A stretch of 64,000 bases of DNA, taken from assembly GCA_965213805.1 (NCBI GenBank), contig CBDCAG010000001.1, forward strand, positions 2,338,726 through 2,402,725, given 5' to 3'. Source of the stretch: an uncultured Granulicella sp. (GTDB lineage Bacteria; Acidobacteriota; Terriglobia; Terriglobales; Acidobacteriaceae). The stretch's first letter is position 1, and every line of letters begins with the position of its first letter. The notes under the pieces were generated by a model. That model worked only from the letters and a program-made list of their open reading frames with translations. It was not told where the DNA came from and ran no database searches. Shown here piece by piece: positions 43,440 through 53,864 of this stretch. The position numbers were made by a program, and so were the translations under genes.

Positions 43440-44135
43440 ATGGCCGTTTCGTCCCAAAGCCTGCAGGACCGCCTCGACGCCATCACCGCGCGCACCCGGT
43501 CGCTCGTCCAGCCGGATCGCCTCGCCATCTCCGAGCGCGCCGTCGCGACACTCTTCGCCACTGGCATTGAGGATCACGTCCTGCCGGCCGGTGCGCCTGC
43601 GCCGGAGTTCACCCTCGAAGACGCCGGTTCCGGCCTCCCCGGCAAGCTCGTCCGCTCCTCCGACCTGCTCTCGCTCGGACCCGTCATCCTCAAGTTCTTT
43701 CGCGGCCGCTGGGACCCCTACTGCGTCACTGAACTCGAAGCCTGGCGCGATCTCTACCCCACCGTCCGCGCGCACGGCGCCCTCTTCGTCGCCATCTCTC
43801 CGCAGACGCGGCGCCAGAACGACTTCGCTGTCCAGCAGCATGGGCTTCCCTTCCCGCTGCTATCAGACCCCGGCTCCACGATCGCCGCGCAGTTCGGCAT
43901 CGCGCACACGATCCCGGCGGACGACCGCGCCTACTTCCGCTCGATCCTCGTCAATATCCCGTTCGCGAACTCCGGCCTCACCTACGACAACGCGCCCGAC
44001 TCCGCGTGGCGACTGCCGTTGCCCGGCCTCTTCCTCATCCAGCCCGACGGCGCCACCGGCACCCTCGCCTACGCCAGCGCGTACGCCGACCAACGCGTCC
44101 GCCCCGAGCCGGGGGATGTCCTCGAGCTTCTGTAA
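43440..44135 (+). CDS. Peroxiredoxin-like (AhpC/TSA) protein
   Basis: APEFTL, FFRGRWDPYC, AISPQ, LPFPLLSD. Confidence 0.85.
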   Translation: MAVSSQSLQDRLDAITARTRSLVQPDRLAISERAVATLFATGIEDHVLPAGAPAPEFTLEDAGSGLPGKLVRSSDLLSLGPVILKFFRGRWDPYCVTELEAWRDLYPTVRAHGALFVAISPQTRRQNDFAVQQHGLPFPLLSDPGSTIAAQFGIAHTIPADDRAYFRSILVNIPFANSGLTYDNAPDSAWRLPLPGLFLIQPDGATGTLAYASAYADQRVRPEPGDVLELL

Positions 44136-44137
44136 GA

Positions 44138-44291
44138 GCAACAGCAAGTGCGCCCTGATCGCGGGCGGCGACCACTTCGTGGGGTGGAAGCTTCGCGTGG
44201 TACCCCGTTGCACTCCGCTTGAAGCGGCGGCGCGAAGCTTTCACCCCCACGAAGTGGCGCCCGTCCGGCGTTAGGACGCGGTTGCGGTTGC
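44138..44291. repeat. Dispersed long-hairpin repeat family A
   Basis: Near-identical to 34675-34829; lies between convergent genes. Confidence 0.92.
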
Positions 44292-44293
44292 TT

Positions 44294-45928
44294 TTACTTA
44301 CTCCTGCGGTACCGCTCGATCAGCGCGTTGGTCGACGAGTCGTGGTCCTTTGACGGCGCGTCCGTGCTTTCGAGTTCGCCGAGGATCCGCGTCGCCAGCA
44401 CCTTGCCCAGCTCCACGCCCCACTGGTCGAACGAGTCGATATTCCAGATGGCCCCCTGCACAAACACCGCATGCTCATAGAGCGCAACGAGTTTGCCCAG
44501 CACCTCGGGCGTCAGTACTTCGGTCAGGATGGTGTTCGACGGACGGTTGCCCTCGAAGACACGATGCGGGATCAGCCAGTCGGCGGTGCCCTCCGCCTTC
44601 ACCTGCTCGGCGGTCTTGCCGAAGGCGAGCGCCTCGGCCTGGGCGAAGACGTTTGCCATCAGCATGTCGTGATGACGCCCGAGCGGATTCAACGTTTTAT
44701 AAAAGCCGATGAAGTCACACGGGATGAGCCGCGTTCCCTGGTGGATCAACTGGTAGAACGAGTGCTGCCCGTTGGTCCCGGGCTCGCCCCAGTAGACGGG
44801 CCCGGTCTGGGTCTGCACCTGCGCTCCGTCGAGCGTCACATGCTTGCCGTTCGACTCCATCGTGAGCTGCTGCAGGTACGCCGGAAAGCGCTTCAGGTAT
44901 TGCTCATACGGCAGGATCGCCACCGTCTGAGCATCGAAGAAATCCGTGTACCAGACCGTCAGCAGACCCAGCAGCGCCGGCAGGTTGGTTGCAAACGGCG
45001 TGGTCTTGAAGTGCACATCCATCTGGTGGAAGCCGTCGAGCATCGCGCGGAAGTTGTCCGGCCCGATCGCCAGCATCGTCGACAACCCGATCGCCGAATC
45101 CATCGAGTAGCGTCCGCCGACCCAGTCCCAGAAGCCGAACATGTTCTCGGTATCGATGCCGAACTTCGCGACTTCCTTTGCATTGGTTGAGATTGCGACG
45201 AAGTGCTTGGCGATTGCGCTCTCATCGCCACCGAGCCCGGCCAGCGCCCAGTCCCGCGCGGAGTGCGCATTGGTCATGGTCTCGAGCGTGGTGAAGGTCT
45301 TCGACGCGACCAGGAACAACGTCTCATCCGCCTTCAGATCAGCGACCGCTTCGGCGAAGTCCGTGCCGTCCACGTTCGAGACGAAGCGGAACGTCAGGTT
45401 GCGCTGGCTGTAGTGCTTGAGCGCCTCGTACGCCATCACCGGCCCAAGGTCCGAGCCGCCGATTCCGATGTTCACGATGTTGCGAATCGCCTTACCGGTG
45501 TGGCCCTTCCACTCGCCCGAGCGCACCCGGTCCGCGAACGCCGACATCTTGTCGAGCACCGCGTGCACCTCGGGCACCACGTCCACGCCATCGACGACGA
45601 TCTTCTCCGTCTTCGGCGCACGCAGCGCCACGTGCAGTACCGCGCGATCCTCCGTGATGTTGATCTTGTCGCCGCGGAACATGGCATCGCGCCGCTCAGC
45701 AACGCCCGTCTCCTCGGCGAGCTTCAGCAGCAGCGTCAGCGTCTCATCGGTGATGCGATTCTTCGAGTAGTCGAGAAAAATCCCCGCCGCTTCGGCCGTG
45801 TATCGTTCACCGCGCGTGGCATCCTCGGCAAACATCTGCTTCATGGTCGTGGTGCCGATCTTTGCGTGGTGCGCCTCGAGCGCCTTCCATGCGGCGCGGT
45901 CGGTCAGGGCAATCGTTTCCTTCGCCAT
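44294..45928 (-). CDS. pgi: Glucose-6-phosphate isomerase
   Basis: [49 protein letters not shown]. Confidence 0.99.
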   Translation of the reverse strand: MAKETIALTDRAAWKALEAHHAKIGTTTMKQMFAEDATRGERYTAEAAGIFLDYSKNRITDETLTLLLKLAEETGVAERRDAMFRGDKINITEDRAVLHVALRAPKTEKIVVDGVDVVPEVHAVLDKMSAFADRVRSGEWKGHTGKAIRNIVNIGIGGSDLGPVMAYEALKHYSQRNLTFRFVSNVDGTDFAEAVADLKADETLFLVASKTFTTLETMTNAHSARDWALAGLGGDESAIAKHFVAISTNAKEVAKFGIDTENMFGFWDWVGGRYSMDSAIGLSTMLAIGPDNFRAMLDGFHQMDVHFKTTPFATNLPALLGLLTVWYTDFFDAQTVAILPYEQYLKRFPAYLQQLTMESNGKHVTLDGAQVQTQTGPVYWGEPGTNGQHSFYQLIHQGTRLIPCDFIGFYKTLNPLGRHHDMLMANVFAQAEALAFGKTAEQVKAEGTADWLIPHRVFEGNRPSNTILTEVLTPEVLGKLVALYEHAVFVQGAIWNIDSFDQWGVELGKVLATRILGELESTDAPSKDHDSSTNALIERYRRSK

Positions 45929-46028
45929 ATCGTCTGCATCTCCTCTACGAAACACAGTCTAGTTGACCTGGAGGGGTTTTGCGTAAAGCGGGGCATGGTC
46001 CGCCCTTTCACGGGATGCACCGTCACAG

Positions 46029-46079
46029 TTGCAACAGCAAGCTTGTGCGTTTATCGTTATAGCAGTCCGTGTATCGCAC
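46029..46079 (+). promoter_or_regulatory. Putative promoter and IclR-type operator
   Basis: TTGCAA-17bp-TATCGT; GTCCG-N5-CGCAC at 46065-46079 and a partial GTGCG-N5-CGTTA at 46045-46059. Confidence 0.5.
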
Positions 46080-46125
46080 GAGACCGCTTTCGGCCTCCTG
46101 CACGCTTGCACGGCAAAGGATTGTG

Positions 46126-46992
46126 ATGCCTGCTACTGCCCGCACCCTGCCTCCCGCTCCTGCTGAAGAAGAGGCCGCCAAGCCGCCCGCTCCCGCCCGC
46201 ACGACCCCCGCTTCGACGCTCGACGTCTACCAGGGCGACCCCAACTTCATGACCTCGCTCGCACGTGGGCTCATCGTCATCCAGGCGTTCACCCAGCAGA
46301 ATCCGCAGATGACCATCTCGCAGCTTTCGATCAAGACGGGGCTCTCCCGTGCTGCCGTCCGGCGCTGCCTCTACACGCTTACCAAGCTCGGCTTCGCCGG
46401 CGCCGAGGACGGCCAGCGCTACGCCCTGCGCCCGCGCATGCTCTCCCTCTCGCACACCTACACGACCTCATCGACGCTCTCGCAATCCGCCCAGCCCATC
46501 CTCGAGCGCATGTCCTCGCTCTACCGCGAGAGCTTCTCCGTCGCCACGCTCGACGGCAACGAGATTGTCTACATTGCGCGCACCGTCGTCCCCTCGCGCG
46601 TGATGACGGTCGACCTGCATATCGGCTCGCGGCTGCCCGCCTATTGCACGTCCATGGGCCGCGTGCTGCTCGCCTACCTGCCGCCTGATCAGCTCGAGCA
46701 ATACCTGCAGAAGGTCGAACTCACGCCGCACACCACGCGCACCGTCACCTCGGTCGAGAAGCTGAGGCTGGCCCTGCGAAACGTCCGCCGCCTTGGCTAC
46801 GCGCTGGTCGACCAGGAACTTGAGGTCGGGCTGCGTTCGCTCGCCGTGCCGGTCTACGCGCCGAACGGCCGAGTCGTCGCCACCGTCAACCTCTCCGGCA
46901 ACGCCCCGCGCATGCCCGTCTTCGACATGCAGACCCACTTCCTGGCCCCGTTACGCAACGCAGCCGCGGAACTCGGAGCACACCTCCGCTGA
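46126..46992 (+). CDS. IclR family regulator, PcaR/PobR type
   Basis: SLARGL.VI, TGLSRAAVRRCLYTL, IGSRLPAYCTSMGRVLLA, VDQELEVGLRSLAVP. Confidence 0.9.
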   Translation: MPATARTLPPAPAEEEAAKPPAPARTTPASTLDVYQGDPNFMTSLARGLIVIQAFTQQNPQMTISQLSIKTGLSRAAVRRCLYTLTKLGFAGAEDGQRYALRPRMLSLSHTYTTSSTLSQSAQPILERMSSLYRESFSVATLDGNEIVYIARTVVPSRVMTVDLHIGSRLPAYCTSMGRVLLAYLPPDQLEQYLQKVELTPHTTRTVTSVEKLRLALRNVRRLGYALVDQELEVGLRSLAVPVYAPNGRVVATVNLSGNAPRMPVFDMQTHFLAPLRNAAAELGAHLR

Positions 46993-47006
46993 GGCGGAGG
47001 TTGGAA

Positions 47007-47159
47007 GGCAACAGCAAGTGCGCCCTCATCGCGGGCGGCGACCACTTCGTGGGGTGGAAGCTTCGCGTGCTGTCCCGTTGCACTCCGTTTGAAGCCGCGA
47101 CGCGAAGCCTCCACCCCACGGAGTGGCGCCCGTCCGGCGTCAGGACGCGGTTGCCGTTG
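47007..47159. repeat. Dispersed long-hairpin repeat family A
   Basis: Near-identical to the other copies; lies between co-directional genes. Confidence 0.92.
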
Positions 47160-47200
47160 TTCTTCAATCTCTGCTTTAGACTAAGAACGGCAAATCCAGC

Positions 47201-48577
47201 GTGAGGAAAGTGGTAAGCATTTCGACCCAATCCATGCAAATGCGCGAACGGGTGACGCGCCCCTTCGCGCCCTGGCTCCGCTTCTTCACGCAGTCTCCGC
47301 TGCACTGGCTTACCGCGACCTTTCTGGTCGCGCTCAGCATTCGCATGGTCGTGGTAGCCGCCGGCTTCGCCGACATCTCCGCCCCTTCCGCCGACCACAA
47401 CCTCTTCGGCTGGGAGATGGGCTGGACGGCCCGAAGCCTCGCCCTCGGCCAGGGCTTCAGCTCGCCCTTCCTGCCGGTGACGGGCCCGACAGCCCTGGTG
47501 CCGCCGCTCTACCCCTACCTGCTCGCGGGCATCTTCAAGCTCTTCGGCATCTACACGCCGGAGGCGGCCTTCACCACGCTTGGCCTCAATGCGCTGTTCT
47601 CGTCTCTCACCTGCATCCCGGTCTTCTTCTTTACGCGCAATGCACTGGATAGCCGTGCGGCGCGCATTGCGTCGTTTGCGTGGGCCATCTACCCGTTCGC
47701 CGTTTACTTCTCGGCCGGCCGGGTGTGGGATTACGCGCTCACCTCGCTGTTGTTCAGCTGTTGCCTGGTTGCCGCGCAGAAGCTCCACTTGCGCAGTCCG
47801 CTGGCGTGGCTGGGCTTCGGCGCGCTCTACGGCGTCACCGCGCTCTCGAACCCGAGCATCGTGTCGCTGCTGCCGGTCTTTTTGTTGATCGCGATCTACA
47901 AGGTGTGGCGGGTGCGCGGGGCGTGGTTCCGCAAGGGGCTGCTGGCGTCGGTTGCGTTCACCGCCGTTTGCCTGCCCTGGATGGTGCACACCGACCGCGC
48001 CATGCACCAGCGGTTCTTCCTGCGCGACGGCTTCTGGCTCGAGTTCTACGCGGGCAACGACGGCAACACCTTCAACTCGAACGACGAGGCCGCCCACCCG
48101 GCCAGCAATCCGGCCGAGATGCAGCAGTACCTCGCGCTTGGCGAGACAGCCTACATCGCGCAGAAGGGTGTGCTTGCGAAGGCCTGGGTTTCTCACCACA
48201 AGCTGTTCTTCGCGGGGCTGTGCGTCCGCCGTGCCGTGCGCTTCTGGACCGGTTTCTGGTCCTTTGGGCGGGCTTACCTGGCCGATCAGCCGTTCGACCT
48301 GCCGAACGTTCCGTTCTGCCTCTTCCTGACCTGGGCGATGCTGCGCGGCATCCGCCGCTGGTGGCGGGACGCCCCGGGGACTCTTCTGCCGTTTCTCTGC
48401 GCGGTTGTCGTGTTTCCGCTGCCGTACTACCTGAGCCACAGCTCGGCCGACTACCGCCAGCCGATTGAGCCGATCATCGTGCTGCTGGTGACGGTGGGGT
48501 TGTTTGGGACGGGTGCGGTGGCGTCGGGCAGTGAGGACCGCGAGGCACAACGGCGGGCGCTGGCCGCCGTCGTCTAG
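47201..48577 (+). CDS. GT-C (PMT/ArnT-like) membrane glycosyltransferase
   Basis: Many TMs, GPTALVPPLYPYLLA; start may be 47233. Confidence 0.75.
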   Translation: MRKVVSISTQSMQMRERVTRPFAPWLRFFTQSPLHWLTATFLVALSIRMVVVAAGFADISAPSADHNLFGWEMGWTARSLALGQGFSSPFLPVTGPTALVPPLYPYLLAGIFKLFGIYTPEAAFTTLGLNALFSSLTCIPVFFFTRNALDSRAARIASFAWAIYPFAVYFSAGRVWDYALTSLLFSCCLVAAQKLHLRSPLAWLGFGALYGVTALSNPSIVSLLPVFLLIAIYKVWRVRGAWFRKGLLASVAFTAVCLPWMVHTDRAMHQRFFLRDGFWLEFYAGNDGNTFNSNDEAAHPASNPAEMQQYLALGETAYIAQKGVLAKAWVSHHKLFFAGLCVRRAVRFWTGFWSFGRAYLADQPFDLPNVPFCLFLTWAMLRGIRRWWRDAPGTLLPFLCAVVVFPLPYYLSHSSADYRQPIEPIIVLLVTVGLFGTGAVASGSEDREAQRRALAAVV

Positions 48578-48630
48578 CGTCCAGGCTAGGGCGGAAGCGT
48601 GCACTATTTCTGAGGCAGCGGCCCCGTAGA

Positions 48631-48712
48631 GGGGTGGGGGTCCCCTCCCCCCATGTATTGCGCAAGATCTTCAAAACGCTGGAGTTAGGCTTTGATGACA
48701 AAGTAGTTAACA
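48631..48712 (+). repeat. Dispersed repeat family B
   Basis: GGGGGTCCCCTCCCCCC..TTGCGCAAGATCTTCA..TTAGGCTTTGATGACAAAGTAGTTAACA. Confidence 0.8.
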
Positions 48713-48751
48713 GTACGGTTTGGCCCTTCACGTGCATTTGCCAAAACGCAC

Positions 48752-49654
48752 TTATCGAGAGGGTTCCCAGCACCAGCAGAAGGTCAGATTGGTCTCCGTC
48801 TCGACCACGCTCGTGCCCTGCGGCAGGACCACCGCCTGACCCGGAACGATCTTGATGCCGCTCACGCAGCCGTCGCCTGCGAGGCCGATGACGCAGCCCG
48901 CCGACGGGTTCTCCACGTTTGCCGACTGGCCTGCTGCAAGCTCGTAGCGGTCAACGATGAAGTATTTCGATTCGATGAGGCGGGTGAAGCCGTCCATCTC
49001 TTTGGGCGCGATCTTACCGGCGCCGGTCTCTGGCTTGATGACGGCGAGACCGGCTTCGAGATGCAGTTCACGGGGGCGGCCGTAGTCGTAGAGGCGATAG
49101 GTGACGTCGCAGGTCTGCTGGACTTCGAGCAGGGTGACGCCGGGTCCGATGGCGTGAACGGTTCCGGCGTCGACGAAGACCATGTCACCGACCGCGACCG
49201 GGACCATGGTGAGCAGGGACTCGAGCGTGCCTGTCTCGATGGCAGATCGGACGGCTTCGACGGTGACGCCGGGTTCGAGGCCGCAGGCGACGGTGGCGCC
49301 GGGCTCGGCGGCGAGGACATACCAGCACTCGGTCTTGCCGCGTGAGAGGCCGATGGCCTGCGCCTGCTGGTCGTCGGGATGCACCTGCACGGAGAGCTTG
49401 TCATTCGGGAAGAGCATCTTGACGAGCAGCGGAAACTCGCCGCCGTCGCTCGTGATCTGCGGGGCGATCTGGCCGAGCGTCTGCCCGGCAAAGCGGCCGG
49501 TTTCGACGCCGCTCTGCGGCCCGGTCAGCCAGGCCTCGCCGATCTTGTGCTGGGTGCGCGTGTCGGGGTACCACGGGCGCAGGTCGGTGCGGCCCCAGAT
49601 GCGTTCAGCAAAGGTCGGTGTGAGGCGAAACGGTTCAACCGCGGGGGTCTGCAT
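48752..49654 (-). CDS. manA: Mannose-6-phosphate isomerase, type I
   Basis: RIWG, FPLLVK, LSVQVHP, GKTECWY, GTVHAIG, TYRLYDYGR.RELH. Confidence 0.9.
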   Translation of the reverse strand: MQTPAVEPFRLTPTFAERIWGRTDLRPWYPDTRTQHKIGEAWLTGPQSGVETGRFAGQTLGQIAPQITSDGGEFPLLVKMLFPNDKLSVQVHPDDQQAQAIGLSRGKTECWYVLAAEPGATVACGLEPGVTVEAVRSAIETGTLESLLTMVPVAVGDMVFVDAGTVHAIGPGVTLLEVQQTCDVTYRLYDYGRPRELHLEAGLAVIKPETGAGKIAPKEMDGFTRLIESKYFIVDRYELAAGQSANVENPSAGCVIGLAGDGCVSGIKIVPGQAVVLPQGTSVVETETNLTFCWCWEPSR

Positions 49655-52506
49655 CAGTCGTCATCATCCTTTTTGGACTTCTTACGCTTCTCCAACAGCA
49701 TAGCTGGAACGGGCTGGCCGGCCATAGCGTCCTTCCAGAGGATTTCGTTGAGCTTCTGGGTGGGGGCGCGGTCGGCGTGGCGGAAGTCCATGGCTGCGGA
49801 CTCGCCCGCTCCCGGGGCGGACGCCTTGTTCGCGGTATAGATGAGGTGGTTGTCACGATTGCTGGCGTCGGCCTGGTAGGGCGGCTGGTCGCCGGCTCCG
49901 GTGAAGAGGGTCGAGACCATCGAGCTGAAGGCGTCGTTATTGTTCATGGGCGGCAGGCCGAGCAGCGTCTCCATGGTGCGGAGGAAGCTGACGGTGGAGT
50001 AGAAGCGGCTGTCGACGAACGGCCCCTTCGGGGAGTACTTGCTGACGACGAGCCCGATGGAGCGGTGGGCGTCGACGTGGTCGGCGCCGTCCTGCGCGTC
50101 GTCTTCGAGGATGAAGAAGGCAGTGTCGTCCCAGAAGGGCGAGTGCGAGATGGCTTCGACGGCGCGGCCGACGGCGAGGTCGTTGTCGGCGACGGAAGCC
50201 CTGGGGGTCGGGCCGCCGACTCGTGTGCCGTTGGTGTGATCGTTGGCGAGACGCAGCATGACGAAGTTCGGCATGGTGTCTTTACCGGCCTTCTTGTCGT
50301 TGATCCAGCCGGCGAGGTGCTTCTCGAAGATGTCTTCGCGGATCTGATCGGGGATGAGGAGAGCGAAGTCGGGGGCTTCGGGGGCGAAGTGGCCGACGAG
50401 TTCGGGCTTGGTGGCGACGTTTGAGTAGATGAGCGGGATTGCCCAGGGCCACTGGTTGACGCCGCCGCCCCAGACCTCGGGGAGTTTTTCGCCGGGCTTG
50501 ACCTCTTCGCGGGTGGAGCAGGCTTTGCCTTCGTGCATGGGTCCCTGCGTGGGGTCGTCCTGTGCGCCGCCGCCTTTGCGTTCGTTGCAGAGGGTGGTCG
50601 CGATGAACTCGCCGAAGTGGTAGAGGGTCTTGCCATGCTTTGCGAGGTTGCCCCAGATGTAGCCGCTGCCGGGCTCGACGACGTCGGGGATGTGCTGCTC
50701 GAGGGGCAGGCCTTCGGAGACGACGCCTTCGTAGTCATAGGCGTGCTGGCGGCCGCGGTAGGAGAGCTGCCAGGTGCGTTCGAGATAGCTGGTGCCGATG
50801 GCGGTGTTCGACCAGACGTGGCCGTCGCCCGAGACCTCGGCGGAGTCGTAGAAGTTGTCGAGGACGCCGAACTGCAGGGCGAGTTTGTGCTCGTTGGGGG
50901 TGACGTCCGCGCCGTACATGGCGAGGCTTGGGTCGCCGTTGCCGACGGGCTTGCCATCCTGTTTGAGGTCGCCGAGGATCTGGTCGTAGGTACGGTTTTC
51001 CTTGATGATGTAAATGACGTGCTGGATGGGGCCGCCGTGGGCCTGGAAGTGCGGCTGGAAGGCGATCTTTTCCTCTGCCGCCTTCATGCGGTTGTCGGCG
51101 AGCGTCTGCTGGGTGAGCGACTTGAGATCGCGCTCGGCGTCTGCGGCGTCGACGCCGGCGAGCGAGCCGTGCAGCAGCGTGGCGATGTAGGTGCGGGTGC
51201 GCTTGCTCTGGGCCTGGCTGATGGTGGAGGCGGGGCGCTGGCGGAAGTTGTTGGGGCCGGTGCCGGTGGCTTTGCCGGTGGCGATGTAGACCTTGCCGCC
51301 GGTGAAGGCGACGCCCATGGGGAGCCACTCGGTGGGGATGAAGCCGAGCGGTTCGACCATGCCCTTTTTCACCGCGCCATGGGTGAGCTTTGCGGTGTCG
51401 AGGACGGCAACTGCGTCCGAGCCCATGTTGGCGGAGTAGAGGCGGGTGCCGGCGGGATTGAGCGCGAGTGCTTCAGGCTCGGCGCCGAAGAAGCTCTGGC
51501 CTGGGAGGCGGACGTCGAAGTAGCCCTTGAGGGCGAATCGGCCGGCGCCGAGGTCGACGGCAGCAACGGCGTCGCGGTTGGCGAGTGAGACGTAGAGGGT
51601 GCGGCCATCGGGCGCGAGGACCATGGCGCTGGGGTGCGAGCCGGGAGCGACGGGGCTCGAGGGCTTGAGCAGCGGGAGCTTGCGGGCGACGGTGCCTTTG
51701 GCGAGATCGAGTTCGACGACTTCGCTGGCGTTCCAGAGTCCGACGAAGGCGCGTTTGCCGTCCTTCGCGACGGCGAGCATGGCGGGGTAGACGCTGGGAA
51801 CGGCGTTGCTCTCGGCGAGGTCGAAGCGCTTGAGGATGCTGCCGGAGACGGGGTCGATGAGGAGTGCGTCGTCGGACAGGTTGTCGGCTACGAGCAGGTT
51901 GCTGCCGGCCAGGGCGATGGCTGCCGGGTAGGGTACGCCGAGGGTTCCGTCTTCTTTGCCGAGGATCTTCGTGATGTGTCCCGGGGCAAGCGGCTGGAGA
52001 GGGATCCTGAGGACGCGCTGGCGGGTGAGGACTCCGGCGTCGAAGCCGTAGACCTGGATGCCGGAGCCGGTGCTGCCGTCCTTTTTGCCCTCGGGATCGG
52101 TTTGGGAGGCGATGCTGCCGTAGAGGGTTTTGCCGTCGGCGGAGAAGGCGAGGCCGGAGAAGAGGATCTGGGCGGCGGCGCCCTTGGTGCGTTCATCGGG
52201 TGAATCGACGAGCTTGCCGGTCTGGGTGTCGAGGACGGCGAGGGACTGGAGGTACTGCGACTCGTAGGAGCCGTAGCCGCCGTTGACGGAGACGACGTAG
52301 CGTCCGCCGGGTGAGACGGCGAGGGTTACGGGCAGCGAGGTGAGGCTCTGCGGGTTGCCGGGGATGACGCCGTGGATCTGCTTGCTGGTGGGGAGGTTGA
52401 TGGTGCCGCCGGATTGTTCGACGGGCGCCTGCGCGAGGGCCGCGGAGGACGCGGCGAGGAGGGTGAGAAGGCTGCCGAGGGGCCTGATTCCTGCCTGAAG
52501 ACTCAT
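49654..52506 (-). CDS. Secreted YVTN/YncE beta-propeller plus phosphoesterase protein
   Basis: Propeller repeats, HVIYIIKENRTYDQILGD, SGDGH, EDDAQDGADHVDAHRS. Confidence 0.85.
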   Translation of the reverse strand: MSLQAGIRPLGSLLTLLAASSAALAQAPVEQSGGTINLPTSKQIHGVIPGNPQSLTSLPVTLAVSPGGRYVVSVNGGYGSYESQYLQSLAVLDTQTGKLVDSPDERTKGAAAQILFSGLAFSADGKTLYGSIASQTDPEGKKDGSTGSGIQVYGFDAGVLTRQRVLRIPLQPLAPGHITKILGKEDGTLGVPYPAAIALAGSNLLVADNLSDDALLIDPVSGSILKRFDLAESNAVPSVYPAMLAVAKDGKRAFVGLWNASEVVELDLAKGTVARKLPLLKPSSPVAPGSHPSAMVLAPDGRTLYVSLANRDAVAAVDLGAGRFALKGYFDVRLPGQSFFGAEPEALALNPAGTRLYSANMGSDAVAVLDTAKLTHGAVKKGMVEPLGFIPTEWLPMGVAFTGGKVYIATGKATGTGPNNFRQRPASTISQAQSKRTRTYIATLLHGSLAGVDAADAERDLKSLTQQTLADNRMKAAEEKIAFQPHFQAHGGPIQHVIYIIKENRTYDQILGDLKQDGKPVGNGDPSLAMYGADVTPNEHKLALQFGVLDNFYDSAEVSGDGHVWSNTAIGTSYLERTWQLSYRGRQHAYDYEGVVSEGLPLEQHIPDVVEPGSGYIWGNLAKHGKTLYHFGEFIATTLCNERKGGGAQDDPTQGPMHEGKACSTREEVKPGEKLPEVWGGGVNQWPWAIPLIYSNVATKPELVGHFAPEAPDFALLIPDQIREDIFEKHLAGWINDKKAGKDTMPNFVMLRLANDHTNGTRVGGPTPRASVADNDLAVGRAVEAISHSPFWDDTAFFILEDDAQDGADHVDAHRSIGLVVSKYSPKGPFVDSRFYSTVSFLRTMETLLGLPPMNNNDAFSSMVSTLFTGAGDQPPYQADASNRDNHLIYTANKASAPGAGESAAMDFRHADRAPTQKLNEILWKDAMAGQPVPAMLLEKRKKSKKDDDD

Positions 52507-52661
52507 GCCGATTACCCTACCAAAGTTGTACAAACGGCACGTTACGGGGGCCCTTACAAAAGTCTTACAAGCGCTGCCTCAGCATCCTGCTAGCGTTATT
52601 GGGGTACGGGCACGATAAACCACGTAGCAGCGACACGCAGGACCGAAGAGGATACCAACCG

Positions 52662-53735
52662 ATGACCCCAGGAACACTTACCCCCGAGACCGAAGTCAAG
52701 CAGACGAGCTCGTATGCCGAGTTCCAGCAGGATGCGATCGACACCGCCGAGGCGCAGGAGAACGCGCAGCAGGCCGCGATGCAGGAGATGTCGAATGCGA
52801 AGCCGCAGTCATCGGCTGAGGTGGTGCGGGCGCAGGTCCGGCAGGATCTTCGCATGGGCCGCGAGCACCAGCAGGGTCGCATCAACTGGATCACGACGAT
52901 CGTGATGGGGCTGTTCCACGTCGGCGCGATTGCGGCGCTGTTCTGCTTCTCGTGGGCGAATCTTGGCGTGTTCTTCGTGATGTACTTCCTGGCGATCAAC
53001 GTCGGGATCGGCGTGGCGTACCACCGGCTGCTGACGCACCGCGGCTTCCGCACCCCGAAGTGGGTGGAATATTTCGTGACGGCCTGCGGGACGATGGCGC
53101 TTGAGGGCGGACCGATCTTCTGGGTGGCGACGCACCGGGTGCACCATCAGAATTCAGACCAGGAAGGCGATCCGCATACGCCGGTCGACGGCACGTTCTG
53201 GTCGCATGCGGGCTGGATTCTTTCGGGCCGTGCGATGCACTCCGAGACGGCGCTGCTGGGCCGTTACGCTCCGGACCTGACCAAGGACAAGGTTCATGTG
53301 TGGCTCTCGAAGTACCACTGGCTGTTTCTGACGCTGACCGGGTTTGCGCAGCTTGCGCTGGGTGCTGCGATCGCGGCACCGGGCCACCGTTTGATGGGCG
53401 CCCTGAGCATGATGCTCTGGGGTACGTTCCTCCGCGTCGTCGTCGGACTGCATGCGACCTGGTTCGTGAACTCGGCGACGCATCTTTACGGCGCGCGCCG
53501 GTTCGATACGCGCGACGAATCGCGCAACAACTGGTGGGTTGCGATCCTGACGGGCGGCGAGGGCTGGCATAACAACCACCACGCGCACCCGGTGAGCGCG
53601 CGGCATGGTCTGGCGTGGTACGAGTTCGACATCAACTATTACTGCATCTGGCTGCTGGCGCAGATGGGCCTGGCGAAGAAGGTGCAGATTGCCAAGTTTG
53701 ATCCGTTGAATCCTAAGCCGGCCGGGAGTAACTAA
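52662..53735 (+). CDS. Acyl-CoA/acyl-lipid delta-9 desaturase
   Basis: His boxes YHRLLTH, HRVHH and GEGWHNNHH. Confidence 0.93.
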   Translation: MTPGTLTPETEVKQTSSYAEFQQDAIDTAEAQENAQQAAMQEMSNAKPQSSAEVVRAQVRQDLRMGREHQQGRINWITTIVMGLFHVGAIAALFCFSWANLGVFFVMYFLAINVGIGVAYHRLLTHRGFRTPKWVEYFVTACGTMALEGGPIFWVATHRVHHQNSDQEGDPHTPVDGTFWSHAGWILSGRAMHSETALLGRYAPDLTKDKVHVWLSKYHWLFLTLTGFAQLALGAAIAAPGHRLMGALSMMLWGTFLRVVVGLHATWFVNSATHLYGARRFDTRDESRNNWWVAILTGGEGWHNNHHAHPVSARHGLAWYEFDINYYCIWLLAQMGLAKKVQIAKFDPLNPKPAGSN

Positions 53736-53760
53736 GGACTGTTCTTCATTCTTCGTCAGT

Positions 53761-53793
53761 GCAAAGGCCGCCAGGTTGGCGGCCTTTGCTTTT
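53761..53793 (+). terminator. Intrinsic terminator
   Basis: GCAAAGGCCGCCA-GGT-TGGCGGCCTTTGC-TTTT. Confidence 0.85.
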
Positions 53794-53864
53794 GGTCGTT
53801 GTAAGCTTACGGTTGACTGCGTGGCGAAGGTTCGAGACTTCCCTGTGCGCGCGTCCCTGCCCTT

